Below are positions 40,525 through 52,613 of a DNA stretch of 64,000 nt, one piece after another. A model generated the notes under the pieces. The model was given only the letters and a program-made list of their open reading frames with translations, was not told the DNA's origin and did no database searches. How positions within the stretch are numbered: the stretch's first letter is position 1; every line of letters begins with the position of its first letter. The DNA comes from Octopus vulgaris (lineage: Eukaryota), in the NCBI GenBank assembly GCA_951406725.2, contig OX597829.1, positions 38,440,001 through 38,504,000 on the forward strand, read 5' to 3'. Position numbers and translations under genes: made by a program.

Positions 40525-41400
40525 AATATAATCAGACACCATGAATTGCATTTCGAAAAGCGATGATGTAACACTTCAATGTTGTAAAACAAAGAATTGT
40601 CAGTCTAAAACATTGGTGCAAAAGAAAATTTAGCCATTTCATTCTCAATGGCCTGATATATATATATCACACACACACACACACACACACACACAACAAA
40701 ACACATACATAACAAAACACATACATATATAAATTATATATATATATTCATATATATATAAATATATATATACCTATAAATATATATGTGTATATATATA
40801 TGTACATATATGTATATATGTATATATGTATATATATATATATATATATATGCATATATTTATATATTATTTATATTATTATATGATCAAACACCAAGCA
40901 TCGTTTTCCAAGTAAGTTTTATCTATGTATATATATGTCCATAAAAAATATATATATTCATATATAGAGAGAGAGAATGCAAAAGAATGGTGAATTCTAC
41001 ATTCTATAATCTTATACACATTTTGGATACATTGATATTGCATAATTCTGTTATTTATAAATCCCACATTATAATCGATCAAATATGGATCAATTAATAT
41101 CCAGGATTAGTGAATCGCAGAATTATGCAATACCAATGTATCTGAAAAAGCACATAAGATTAAAAATGTATAATTCTCAAATCTATTGTGTTTCCTAATG
41201 TACTCTGTCACCTTAAACTGAAGGTTTTCATGTATGAGCTTTGGATTTACAATCTAGACAGGCAGTGGAAAGCACTTCTACAGACTATGTAGAGATAGTA
41301 AGGATTTTCACTGGTCAATCTGGCCAGTTAAGCTTGAGACAGACAGTGTGCTTAAAAACTACTCACATGGACTCTTTAATCCTGTTTTCTTCTTTGTATA

Positions 41401-41577
41401 TATGAAGGAGTGCTGAAAATTTCCTAGTTTTGGCTAAAAGAAAATACAGGAGGATCAGTTAATTGTGACTTTATTTAACATATTCCCCTCTCAGATTTAC
41501 ATACTTATTGCAGGGGTCCTTCAGTTTTTCTAAGCCCTGTAAAACGACTCAGAAGGTCGGGCCTCCAACCAGGCCTT
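41401..41577 (-). mobile_element. Mariner 3' end / TIR fragment
   Basis: TA-tgaaggagtgctgaaaatttcctag TIR-like end followed by a transposase C-terminus-like segment on the minus strand. Confidence 0.45.
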
Positions 41578-41929
41578 CTGTTACATTTCTCCGTTTTTTC
41601 CGTCCTTGTTTTCATATACATTCACTGCTTTCTTCCAAGGAATCTAATGCTCTTAGCTTAGTTTTTCCTTGGAGCTGACCAGATTGGAGCAATCTCGAGT
41701 ATAACCAGCTGAAATTGCAAAGATAATCAGGAACTCGACTGAGGAAAGAAAAATCTGAATGACCCGTCCTTGTTTCCTTTGTATCATCTATCTGGATGTT
41801 TTGCATTCTTGTCCCATTTTGTATTTTATATATATATATAGCAGCATATGTACACTTTGGTCTCTTATATATATATAAATATATTCTTTTATTAGAAATA
41901 TTAATATTTCTAAAACTCTCTAAAGGAGA

Positions 41930-42313
41930 CTTATTCTTTTACTTGTTTCAGCCATATGACTGCAACCATACTGGAGCCCCACCTTTTAGTCTGGCAAATC
42001 GACACCAGGACTTATTCTTTGTAAGCCTAGTACTTATTCTGTCAGTCTCTTTTTACCGAACTGCTAAGTTACAGGAACACAAACACGCCAGCATTGGATG
42101 TCAAGTAATGTTCGGGTGGGGACAAACACACACACACACACACACATATACGATGGGTTTCTTCCATTTTCTGTCTACCAAATCCACTCAGAAGGCTTTG
42201 GTCAGCCCGGGCTATAGTAGAAAACACTTGCCCAAGTTGCCAAGCAGTGGGACTGAAACCGGAACCATGTGGTTGGTAAGCAAGCTACTTACCACACAGC
42301 CACTCCTGTGCCT
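41930..42313 (-). mobile_element. SINE family A
   Basis: Full-length similarity to family consensus. Confidence 0.85.
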
Positions 42314-42444
42314 ATATATATATATATATATATATCAAAATAAACAACATTTTATTCATATGGATAATACCATACCAAATTCTGGTGCCTTTAACTTAAG
42401 AACCATATTCATCTGAATCTAAATTTTGCTGAACCTATATATAT

Positions 42445-42475
<31 letters not shown>

Positions 42476-43444
42476 GACATATATATATACATATACATAC
42501 GTATATACATACATACATACATACATACATACATACATACATACATACATACATACATACATACATACATACATACATACATACATGCACATGCATGTGT
42601 ATAAAGAAAATGGAGGAAAATGTACCATAACAATAAAATAATTGTCATAAAATTTTTTTTTAGGAAAATAAAAAGGACAAAAATTAGGTTTAGTTTCACT
42701 GAGATAATAATTGTTCTTTTTCCACCTTACTTTCCAACTAGGTTTGCTCACCAAGAGTTCATCAAAAGAAAATGCTAAATGCAGATTTAGTCATGCAAAT
42801 AGGTATACAGAGGTGAGATTGGTGCAGGTGGATGGGGAATATTTCTATCAGGTTATAATACAGAGTGCTAGGTAAGGAAGTTCAGTGAAAGATTATGGTT
42901 TTTAAACAATAAGGTAAGAACTGTGAAGTCAGGAATTTTAAACAATAGATATTGAGTATCTTAATGTGTGCATGCACACAAATGTATGTGTATCTGAAAT
43001 GCTTGTCATTGTGTGTTAGTCGTTTCTTATGTTATAATTCATAGAAATGAATTTCAACGATAGGTTTTCCTTGAGAAATATCAGTCATACATACGTTCAT
43101 ACATACATACATACATGCATACATACATGCGTTCATACATACATACGTTCAAACATACATACGTACATAGATACATACGTACATACATACATGCATATGT
43201 ACATATGTACATACATACATTCATACATACATACGTTCATACATACATACATATATACATACATTCATACGTTCATACATACATATGTACATACATACGT
43301 ATGTAAATACATACATACATACATACATACATACATACATACGTACGTACGTACGTACATACTTACATACATACATGCATATGTACATACATACATACAT
43401 ATATACAAACACATATATATGTATGTGTATATATATGTGTATAT

Positions 43445-43494
<50 letters not shown>

Positions 43495-43665
43495 TTAGAG
43501 ATAAAACCACTATTAGGCAAATCAAACAGTGAAAATCATAAACCAATACCCAGAAATAAAATTAATTAATAAAAAATATATAAAATAAAAAATTCAGAAT
43601 TTAAATTATTTAAATTTAAAGTTAAAATTTTAAAATTTATTTAAATTAATAATATATACTTATAA

Positions 43666-43696
<31 letters not shown>

Positions 43697-44229
43697 TTAT
43701 TATTATTATTATTATTATTTTCAAATATATAACTATCAAAAAGTATTAAAAGTTTAATATAAGATAAAGAGTATATACATGCATACATATATATAACACA
43801 AATGGTTTATACCTGGTATATATATCATCATCATCATCATCATCGTCGTTTAACGTCCGTTCTCCATGCTAGCATGGGTTGGACGGTTCGACCGGGGTTC
43901 TGGGAAGCCAGAAGGCTGCACCAGGCTCCAGTCTAAATTTGGCAATGTTTCTACAGCTGGATGCCCTTCCTAACGCCAACCACTCCGTATAAATATATGG
44001 GTATATATATATGTATGTGTGTATATATACATATATATAATTATAAGTAATGGTGATATTATAATAAAAAATAATATATGTGTATGTATGTATATATATA
44101 TATATATATATACATATATATAAATAGATGTGTGTATTTTTCCCTTGTTAACAATTAACACGGAAAAAAATAGATAAATAGTTTTCCAGGGTAGCAAAAA
44201 ATCACACAAGTAAAGAAGTTTGAATAATA

Positions 44230-44375
44230 TATAAATAAATAAATGGAGTTTAATGCTTTTACTTCCGACACATCTTATTCCTTTGGAATAATATCAGTGA
44301 TATCTTCGAAACATGTGTTGGAAGTAAACATAGTAGAATTACACCTGCATTAAATTCCATTTATTTATTTATATA
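44230..44375. repeat. Fold-back fragment related to the hammerhead element at 594-674
   Basis: tttacttccgacacat / atgtgttggaagtaaa inverted pair. ttattcctttggaataa and tcttcgaaacatgtgt resemble the stem II hairpin and 3' half of the 594-674 motif. Confidence 0.5.
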
Positions 44376-44614
44376 CATACATATATGTATGTATGTAAGC
44401 AAGTATGTATGCACCATATAGAATTTCTACAAACATCTTTTCTACATATTGAGCAAAGCCGTCTCCCTGAAGGGGTCAATGATTTGTCTGTTTACCTACT
44501 TACTAGGATTTTGGTCTTTTGTAAATATACATATGTACATATATGCATACATACTTGCTTCCATACATACATTCCCACATACATACATACATACATACAT
44601 ACATACATACATGT

Positions 44615-44995
44615 TGTTGGCACTCCATCAGTTACGACGACGAGGGTTCCAGTTGATCCGAATCAATGGAACAGCCTACTCGTGAAATTAACGTGCAAGT
44701 GGTTGAGCACTCCACAGACATGTGCACCCTTCATGCAGTTCTTGGGGAGATTCAGCGTGACACAGAGTGTGACAAGGCTGGCCCTTTGATATACAGGTAC
44801 AACAGAAACAGGAAGAAATAGTGAGAGAAAGTTGTGGTGAAAGAGTACAGCAGGGATCACCACCATCCCTGCCGGAGCCTTGTGGAGTTTTAGGTGTTTT
44901 CGCTCAATAAACACTCACAACGCCCGGTCTGGGAATTGAAACCATGATTCTATGACTGCAAGTCCGCTGCCCAAACCACTGGGCCCTTGTGCCTA
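44615..44995 (-). mobile_element. SINE family B variant
   Basis: Same head, different 3' body. Confidence 0.8.
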
Positions 44996-45029
44996 CACAT
45001 ACATACAAACATACATGTCATCATAGTAT

Positions 45030-45560
45030 TATCTACTAATGAGACATGATATTGTAGCTAGGACACTATATAAAGGGATCCGTCAGAAGAATAGCCCCAA
45101 AGCCAAAGAAATATGAACCCACAGTACGGTAAAAGCCATAGCCACTCATAATAAAAAAGAATACTGATAGAATGTTTGATTGAAAATCTCAACAAAATGT
45201 CAACATGACATACCTGACATAGTGGTTTGGGATAAAATAAGCTAAATTGTACACATTTGTGAACATCAGCTGCCCAGCATAAAGATAAAGACCAGCAAAA
45301 AAGAGAATACCTACACTGAAGAATTGAGGAATTTACAGCAACTCTACCCAGATTACAAGTTCAGGCTTATTACATGTAATTATTGGGGCCCTGTGATATG
45401 TAATGCACTGCCTAAATACCAATCTGGAGAAATTAGGCTTTTCAAAACCAGAAAAGAGAAAGCTGATTTGAAGACTACTAATCCAATCCATCACTGGAAC
45501 TGCAAAAATCTGTAAAACTTTCCAGAAGTTTATCATTTAATTATATATGAGCATCTCTAG
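45030..45560 (+). mobile_element. Decayed RLE-type (R4/NeSL-like) LINE 3' fragment
   Basis: PDIVVWDK, LQQLYPDYKF, IIGAL motifs across frameshifts. Confidence 0.6.
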
Positions 45561-45647
45561 ATATGCAACTATATGCATGAGAATACATACACACATAAAT
45601 AAAAACATATATAAATGTATGTATGTATATCTGTATATAGACATTGT

Positions 45648-45881
45648 TAAGGTGGCGAGCTGGCAGAAACGTTAGCACGCCGGGCGAAATGCGTAGCCAT
45701 ATTTCGTCTGCTGTAACGTTCTGAGTTCAAATTCCGCTGAGGTCGACTTTGCCTTTCATCCTTTCGGGGTTGATAAATTAAGTACCAGTTACACACTGGG
45801 GTTGATATAATCGACTTAATCCGTTTGTCTGTCCTTGTTTGTCCCCCCTGTGTTTAGCCCCTTGTGGGTAGTAAAGAAATA
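45648..45881 (+). mobile_element. SINE family D
   Basis: aaggtggcgagctggcagaa..gttctgagttcaaattccg..gcctttcatcctttcgggg..ccccttgtgggtagtaaagaaata. Other copies at 23022-23250(-), 50897-51113(-), 52183-52408(+) and 52612-52820(+). Confidence 0.85.
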
Positions 45882-45889
45882 TGTATATA

Positions 45890-46520
45890 GACATTCATTA
45901 GGCATTAATAAGTCCACAAAAAGGTTGGAACAAGACTTGGCATTGTTCGTACCATTTCTCTTGGATTTGTCTGTAAAGATAATGTAAACTGTGCCTCTGT
46001 GGAACCTAGAAGCGCACTGTGATTGTAGCAAAAAATCAATTATATTATATCGATGTTCTCTCTTTGTAGGATAATTGAGGCTAGCATCTTTCTTGATGGT
46101 CTGCTTTGTGCATCAGAAAAGATTCCTCTGTAATTTCAACAATTCTCTTGTAAACTTTTATTTTTAAATAATAATATTATTGTGGCATCATTTCCAGACC
46201 TTTGTATTTCACTGGTCTTCTAGATTTCCAAACTAAAGTCATATATATTTTTTGCTACTGTTTTGTTGCCGAATTTATAGATATCTGCATAAGCCTAGAT
46301 TTTCACATGTTTGAGTTCTTAATGCCCATTTGTACTTCTTCTATGGTAGGTGCATCAATAAGTGAATATTAATTGGCTAAATAATTTGTAAGCTTTGAAG
46401 ATGGTCAAAACATTGATTCTACAGTTGTGAATGTGTTTAATAATTACGTTGATTTTCTTAACGGAATGGTCCTCATTATTAGAAGACCTTTCAACTAAAG
46501 AGAATTTAAGCATTGTCAAT
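45890..46520 (-). mobile_element. Highly decayed LINE RT remnant
   Basis: Minus strand DAPTIEEVQMGIKN resembles the pre-RT 'PT.EEV..AI' motif; otherwise degenerate. Confidence 0.35.
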
Positions 46521-46778
46521 TTCATTAAGAAAGCAAGAATAATTGTCATTTTATTTCAGAGGTTTTGGGAGTATGTTGGTTTGAAATTTTGATACAAAGC
46601 CAGAAATTTCAGGGTAGCGGGTCTAATGAAAGTCAACTCCTACAGAATTTAAACTCAGAATGTAAAGACGCATGAAATGTTGCTACATATTTTAACCTGG
46701 TGTACTAACAATTCTGCCAGCAAGCTGCTTACAATGAAGATCATGTTTGTAATCACCATTATTGTTTTAATGTTCACA

Positions 46779-46951
46779 TAGGCGCAGGAGTGGCTGTGTG
46801 GTAAGTAGCTTGCTAACCAACCACATGGTTCCGGGTTCAGTCCTACTGCGTGGCATCTTGGGCAAGCGTCTTCTGCTATAGTCCCGGGCCGACCAATGCC
46901 TTGTGAGTGGATTTGGTAGACGGAAACTGAAAGAAGCCTGTCATATATATG

Positions 46952-46982
<31 letters not shown>

Positions 46983-47176
46983 TTGTCCCCCTAGCAGTGC
47001 TTGACAACCGATGCTGGCGTGTTTACGTCCCCGTCACTTAGCGGTTCGGCAAAAGAGACCAATGGAATAAGTACTGGGCTTACAAAGAATAAGTCCCGGG
47101 GTCGATTTGCTCGACTAAAGGTGGTGCTCCAGCATGGCCGCAGTCAAATGACTGAAACAAGTAAAAGAGTAAAGAG
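46779..47176 (+). mobile_element. SINE family A
   Basis: Full-length similarity to family consensus. Confidence 0.9.
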
Positions 47177-47299
47177 TTTCCCATGCGTGCATGGGTCAAG
47201 TGCAATTTGTTGAGACAGATTTTCTACAGTCAGCTGCCTCTTTCTGTCACCAAGCCATACCCATTTTCAAGTAACCTGAAATTCTGCATCCTAGTAAGG

Positions 47300-47960
47300 G
47301 TGCCAAGCTTGAAGATTATGTATGAAGAGCATACCAATACTAGATGATGAATAACATTGATTAGCATTAAAGATTACCATTTGATGTTTAAGATCCTTTT
47401 AAGGCAAGTTGAATTGAATCTACCCAATACCTTGTTTGATGTCATAATGATATATATATATCATCCCAGAAGAGTATAAAGAAGAGTTAAGATGCATAGT
47501 TCATGGATGCTGAGCTTGGTTTTGATGGTAATACCTCTGTTAGACCATGCTTGATTTTTGAGCCTTCCAAATGCTTTGCTGGCTTTTTCAATCCTCAGAT
47601 TTCAGAATCAAGGAATCCATCTCTAGAGAGAGTACTGTCACAGTAAACAAAAGAGTCAGCAACATTCAATTTTGCACCCTAGAAGAAGATGTTAAGTTCA
47701 ATATAGGGCTTGCCTGGAAGCTAAGAGAATATAATCTTTGTCTTCTTCAGGCTGATGGTAAGTCCAAAAGCAGTGCATGCTCAAGAGAAGAAATTCATTA
47801 TAGCCTTCATGTCTTCTGTATGAGCGACAACTATATTGTGAACATAAAGGAGCTCATGAACAAGAACATGGAAGGTCTTCAATTTTATGTTGAAGTGTGT
47901 TACATCAAAAACCTAACCTGTACTCCTGAAATGAATTATAGATGCTCATATCACAGTCCT
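47300..47960 (-). mobile_element. Decayed RTE-like reverse transcriptase fragment
   Basis: Minus strand: VHELLYVHN..AHTEDM..ACTAFGLTISLKKTK (YADD region degenerate). Confidence 0.6.
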
Positions 47961-48171
47961 TGAAAGTGTGCAAAACAGTTACAGCAAAATATATATGTAT
48001 TTAAGTGTCATTGCCATTCATTTCCAATGTTCTGACCATGGGAAAATATGACCTTCTTGGAAAGCGATGAGGGTTGACTATAGAAAATCTTGGTCAAACA
48101 AACTTAGCCTGACCATGTTCAATGATGATAATGATGATGATGATATATCTATATATAGGCAAATCAAAAAA

Positions 48172-48210
<39 letters not shown>

Positions 48211-48480
48211 AAGCAAAAACAGGAAAGGATGTACATAGTAAATAAATAATTAAACTGATGCTCAGAGAAAGTGTAAGACAACAAAAAGAAGGGATGTGAC
48301 ACTTCAAGTATGACTCTTTGTCAGAAAAAGTAAAGAGGAAAAAGTCCAAAGAGAAGGAAATGAATAGTCCGAGAAAAGGAAGTATATTGTTAAAGGTTGA
48401 AAAATGACTAATATATATATATGATTTTGATTTTGATTTTTCCAGTTTCAGCTTATGAGCTGTGGCCATGCTGGGGCACC

Positions 48481-48563
<83 letters not shown>

Positions 48564-48564
48564 T

Positions 48565-48740
48565 AGTTATCGCCATACTAATATGGCATTCTTATAAAAA
48601 TAAGAATAAAGCTGTCCGCTTATTAGCTCCATGAGGCCATCGCCTTAAGTTAGCTATTAGTATGGCGATAACTATTATTTTCCGGGAACGCTGCCGTTGT
48701 TCTCTTTTAGAGAGACTTAGTAATTTTAATATTTCTATTA
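48565..48740. mobile_element. Truncated, diverged relative of the 5242-6021 element with internal inversion
   Basis: Shares tagttatcgccatactaatatggc..ttagctcca.gaggccatcgcc, then inverted attagtatggcgataacta...tagagagacttagtaattttaatatttctattat; between (TA)n tracts. Confidence 0.7.
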
Positions 48741-48758
48741 TATATATGTATATATACA

Positions 48759-48922
48759 TATAAGAGGGATGAATTCTAAGTGGACATCCATTATGATAGA
48801 GGTAGACCCCATATGGTCTGACCACTAAGAAAAGATCGGTATATATCTTTTCTTAGTGGTCAGATCATATGGGGTCTACCTCTAGCATAATGGGTGTCCA
48901 TTTAGTGGTCATCCCTCTTATA
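48759..48922. repeat. ~165-bp near-perfect palindrome (MITE-like hairpin)
   Basis: Arms of about 78 bp (tataagagggatga...ctaagaaaagat / atcttttcttag...tcatccctcttata) with a short loop; TA-rich flanks. Confidence 0.8.
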
Positions 48923-49119
48923 CGTATGTAATATAATTTTTCTGAAACTTCAGATTTTTCGATATGCTAGACCACTGATTTTAAATTGATATTAATCAAA
49001 TTAATATTCATTTTTTCACCCTTATTATTTAAATTTTATATATATATATATATATCCCTTGATCCCTATATAATCGATACCAACATAATAGATGGACATT
49101 AAATTATTATATATCAAGC

Positions 49120-49620
49120 TTCTATCTTTGCTAGTAGCAAAGGGCCTCTTGCTCAGAGTGAAAGCCAAACTGTATGATGCTAGTGTGCAAACAGCCATGC
49201 TACATGGCAGTGAAACATGGGTTGTGACTGCTGAAGACATGTGTAGGCTTGTAAGAAATGAAGCTAGTATACTCTGCTGGATGTGTAATGTCAGTGTGCA
49301 TGCATGACAGGGTGTAAGCATCCTGAGAGAAAAGTCAGACATAAGAAGTATCAGATGTGGTGAGTAAGAGAGATGACTGCCTTGGTATGGTCATGTGTTG
49401 TGTATAGATGAGGACAGCAGTGTGAAGAAGTGTCACACTCTAACAGTGGAGGGAACCCATTGAGGAGGAAGACCTAGGAAGACATGGGATGATGTGGTGA
49501 AGCACAATCTCCACAGAGGTAATGACAAGTGACCAAGACTTTTGGAGATATGCTGTGCTTGAGAAGATCCATCAAGCCAAGTGAGATCATAGTCATTGTT
49601 GATGCTAGTGTCATTTAAAT
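49120..49620 (+). mobile_element. RTE-clade LINE 3' coding fragment
   Basis: LRVKAKLYDASVQTAMLHGSETW..WYGHVLCIDEDSSVKKC..GGRPRKTWDDVV. Confidence 0.85.
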
Positions 49621-49669
49621 GGCCTGTTAAAGGCACTCTTCTGTCGCCAGGTGATATACTGTGCTTGTG

Positions 49670-49860
49670 AATTATAGCTGGGATGTTGCCAGGACCAAAT
49701 GCTTTTGAGGCTTTCAGTTGTTTAGTGGCTGCTGTTAGTTCAAATATGGTAAAAAGGGAGGTGTTGATATCCAGTGTATCTGATATAGGCACATTTGGTA
49801 GAGTGGGGTTATCAGGGATTTTGACATTCTTTCCAAGATGGTTTTTAAAATGAGTTCACC
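49670..49860 (-). mobile_element. LINE RT N-terminal fragment
   Basis: FTIFELTAATKQLKASKAFGPGNIPA (KAxGPD-like motif). Confidence 0.6.
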
Positions 49861-51246
49861 AATTTTCTAAATGCTTCTTAGCTGATCTCTCCTTTGATTC
49901 TAATTGATGACCAAGAATTTTTGCCTGATAGATCTTTGATGGATTGTCAGGCAAGATAACAAGGTAATTACTCTTCTCCTCTGGAAGCCATCTGCTCGTG
50001 ATACCAGAGGGCGAATACTCTCCTACCCTGATGTAATCTCCAGGGATACAGGCATCCAGCAACAGGACCTCTGTAGTGCTATGATGGACCGTGAAGTCTG
50101 GTGTAACATAGTAAATTCCATTGTCTCGACCACGGTCAAACAATGATGATGATGATGTGCTTGTGAAGACCTGTTGAACCGAGTGAAATCATAAGTCATG
50201 GGTGATGTCAGTGCCGTCTGACTGGCACCCATGCCTGTGGCACATAGAAAGCACAGTTCATGTGTTAGGCTTCATAGACGTCTGACTGGCATCCATGCTA
50301 GTGGCACATAAAAAGTACCATTCAAGTGTTGGACCTCATGGAGGCAGTGACAGGTGACCAAGACCCTTTGCGATATACCATGCTTGCGTTGACCTGTCAA
50401 GCCAAGTGAGATCATAGTCATGGCTGATGCAGGTGTCACATCAATGCCACCCATGCCAGTGGCACATAAAAAGCACCCACTACACTCTTGGAATAGTTGG
50501 CATTAGGAAACCATAGAAACCTTGCCAATTAGATTGTAACCTGGTGCAGCCCCCTGGCTTACCAGTTTTCAGCTAAACCATCAAGCCCATGCCAACATGG
50601 AAAGTGGATGTTAGACAATGATGATGATGATGATATATTTATATATATCTTTGTTTTGCAAGTTACTTGGTGACCATGCCTGTGATGGTGCCATGTAAAA
50701 AGCATCAAGTCCACACTGTAAAGTGGTTGGCCTTTGGAAGGGCATCCACCTGTAAAAACCATTCCAAATCTGATCTTGCTTGTGCTGGTGCAACTTAAAA
50801 AACACTCAGTCCACGGCTATAGTAGGAGACACTTGCCCAAGGTGTCACGCAGTGAGACTGAAACTGGAACCATGTGGTTGGTAAGCAAGCTACTTATCCT
50901 TTACTGCTCTAGGTACAAGGCCCGAAATATTTGGGGAGAGAGCCAGTCGATTAAATCAACCTCAGTACGCAACTGGTACTTAATTTATCAACCCTCAAAA
51001 GGATGAAAGGCAAAGTCGACCTCAGTGGAATTTGAACTCAGAATGTAAAGACAGACAAAATACTGCTAAGCATTTCACTTGGTGTGCTAATGTTTCTGCC
51101 AGCTCGCTGCCTTCAAGCTACTTACCTCACAGCCACTCCTGCACCTATACACACACACATATAGATATATATATATAAAATTGGTTAGTTGTCCATGAGT
51201 CAGAAGAAAAGCACACTCTGAAAGAGATTTTGAGCTGTTATATTGT

Positions 51247-51565
51247 GTCTCAAAGACTTCTCCATCGGCACAGAGACTTGGGAGACACTTGCTGCCAACC
51301 GCTCATCCTGGCGCAGTGCAATCACCACAGGAGCAGGGACAGCCGAGGAGGGACGGATTCGGTCAGCAGAGCAGAAACGCCAGATGCGGAAAGCCAGAGC
51401 CGCCTGCACCAGTAGCACGGCCCCTACCCACTTCTGCCCCACCTGTGGGAGGGGCTTCCTTGCCCGGATTGGCCTCACCAGCCACCTCCGGTCTCATAGC
51501 GGCAATTCCACCAGATGATGTCAGTGGTCATCTTCGAACCCGAAGGACGAACATTATTATTATTA
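51247..51565 (+). mobile_element. Young GC-rich RTE 3' end with C2H2-like finger and (ATT)n tail
   Basis: WETLAANRSSWRSAI..CPTCGRGFLARIGLTSHLRSH*, 3' UTR gtcatcttcgaacccgaaggacgaac, then (ATT)n. Confidence 0.9.
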
Positions 51566-51639
51566 TATCCTTGGTTATAGTATATATCCAAGCTATGACA
51601 GATCCTCAATATTCATTGAGATCACATTACCGACAACAA

Positions 51640-52020
51640 AGTTCTTCACCATGCCTCTCTACAAAGCATCGAAGCCACCATTCTTTGCCATCATTTCCAC
51701 TGGGCAGGTCACATCCAGCCTATGGAGCCCTCTCGTCTCCTGAGGATCATGCTCTATGGAGAACTTGCAATTAGAATAAGACCCAGAGGAGGTCCAAAAT
51801 TCTGTTTTAAAGACCAGCTCAAATGGACCCTGGTTCAAACTTAAAATCCAGCCATCTTCATGAGAAAAGATTGCCATGGATAAGACAGCCTGGATGACTG
51901 CTATCCACAATGGAGCCTGCTCCTTTGACCTGAACAGACAACAGAATGAAGAAGTAAAACGCAGGAGAAGAAAGGAACGTCTTCAACATCCTCGACCTAC
52001 ACCGACCACCTTTTGTGTGA
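51640..52020 (+). mobile_element. RTE 3' coding fragment, older subfamily
   Basis: HWAGHIQPMEPSRLLRIMLYGEL..RPRGGPKFCFKDQLK; MDKTAWMTAIHNG..KRRRRKER. Confidence 0.8.
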
Positions 52021-52417
52021 GTTCTGCCTACATCTCTTTCACCACTGACATGGACTCCAAAGTTACATTTGGCACAAACATCTGCCAAGGAGACTTGATA
52101 GAAACTGATGATCCCAATGCTCGGATATGAGCTGGAGCCGACGAATCAGGTAATATATCCTTGGTTATGGTATATAATTGGTCAAGGTGGCAAGCTGGCA
52201 GAAATGTTAGCATGCCGGGCGAAATGCTTTGTGGTATTTCGTCTGCCGCTACGTTCAGAGTTTAAATTTCGCCGAGTTTGACTTTGCCTTTCATCCTTTC
52301 GGGGTCGATTAAATATGTACCAGTTACGCACTGGGGTCGATATAATCGACTTAATCCGTTTGTCTGTCCCTTCTGTGTTTAGCCCCTTGTGGGTAGTAAA
52401 GAAATAGGTATATAATT

Positions 52418-52613
52418 AGTCAGAAAGTTACTGCTGGTTTCATGCCTACATTTGTCTTAATGTCTATGATCCATGGTGGTGTGGGTTCACTGGTTTAATA
52501 GGATCTGATGAATCCAAGGCCTGCATCATTTGTCTTAATATAGGGTCTTAATACAGACCCTATATTGCTAAGTGCAATAATAGACATATGAAACCAATGG
52601 TAACTTTCTAACT
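52418..52613. mobile_element. MITE-like element with imperfect ~28-bp TIRs
   Basis: agtcagaaagttactgctggtttcat ... atgaaaccaatggtaactttctaact. Confidence 0.45.

Noticed and set aside
41738-41770. CTGAGGA-AAGA aaaa TCT-GAAT hammerhead-like string
   Set aside because: No A15.1 pair or stem III; too degenerate to support.
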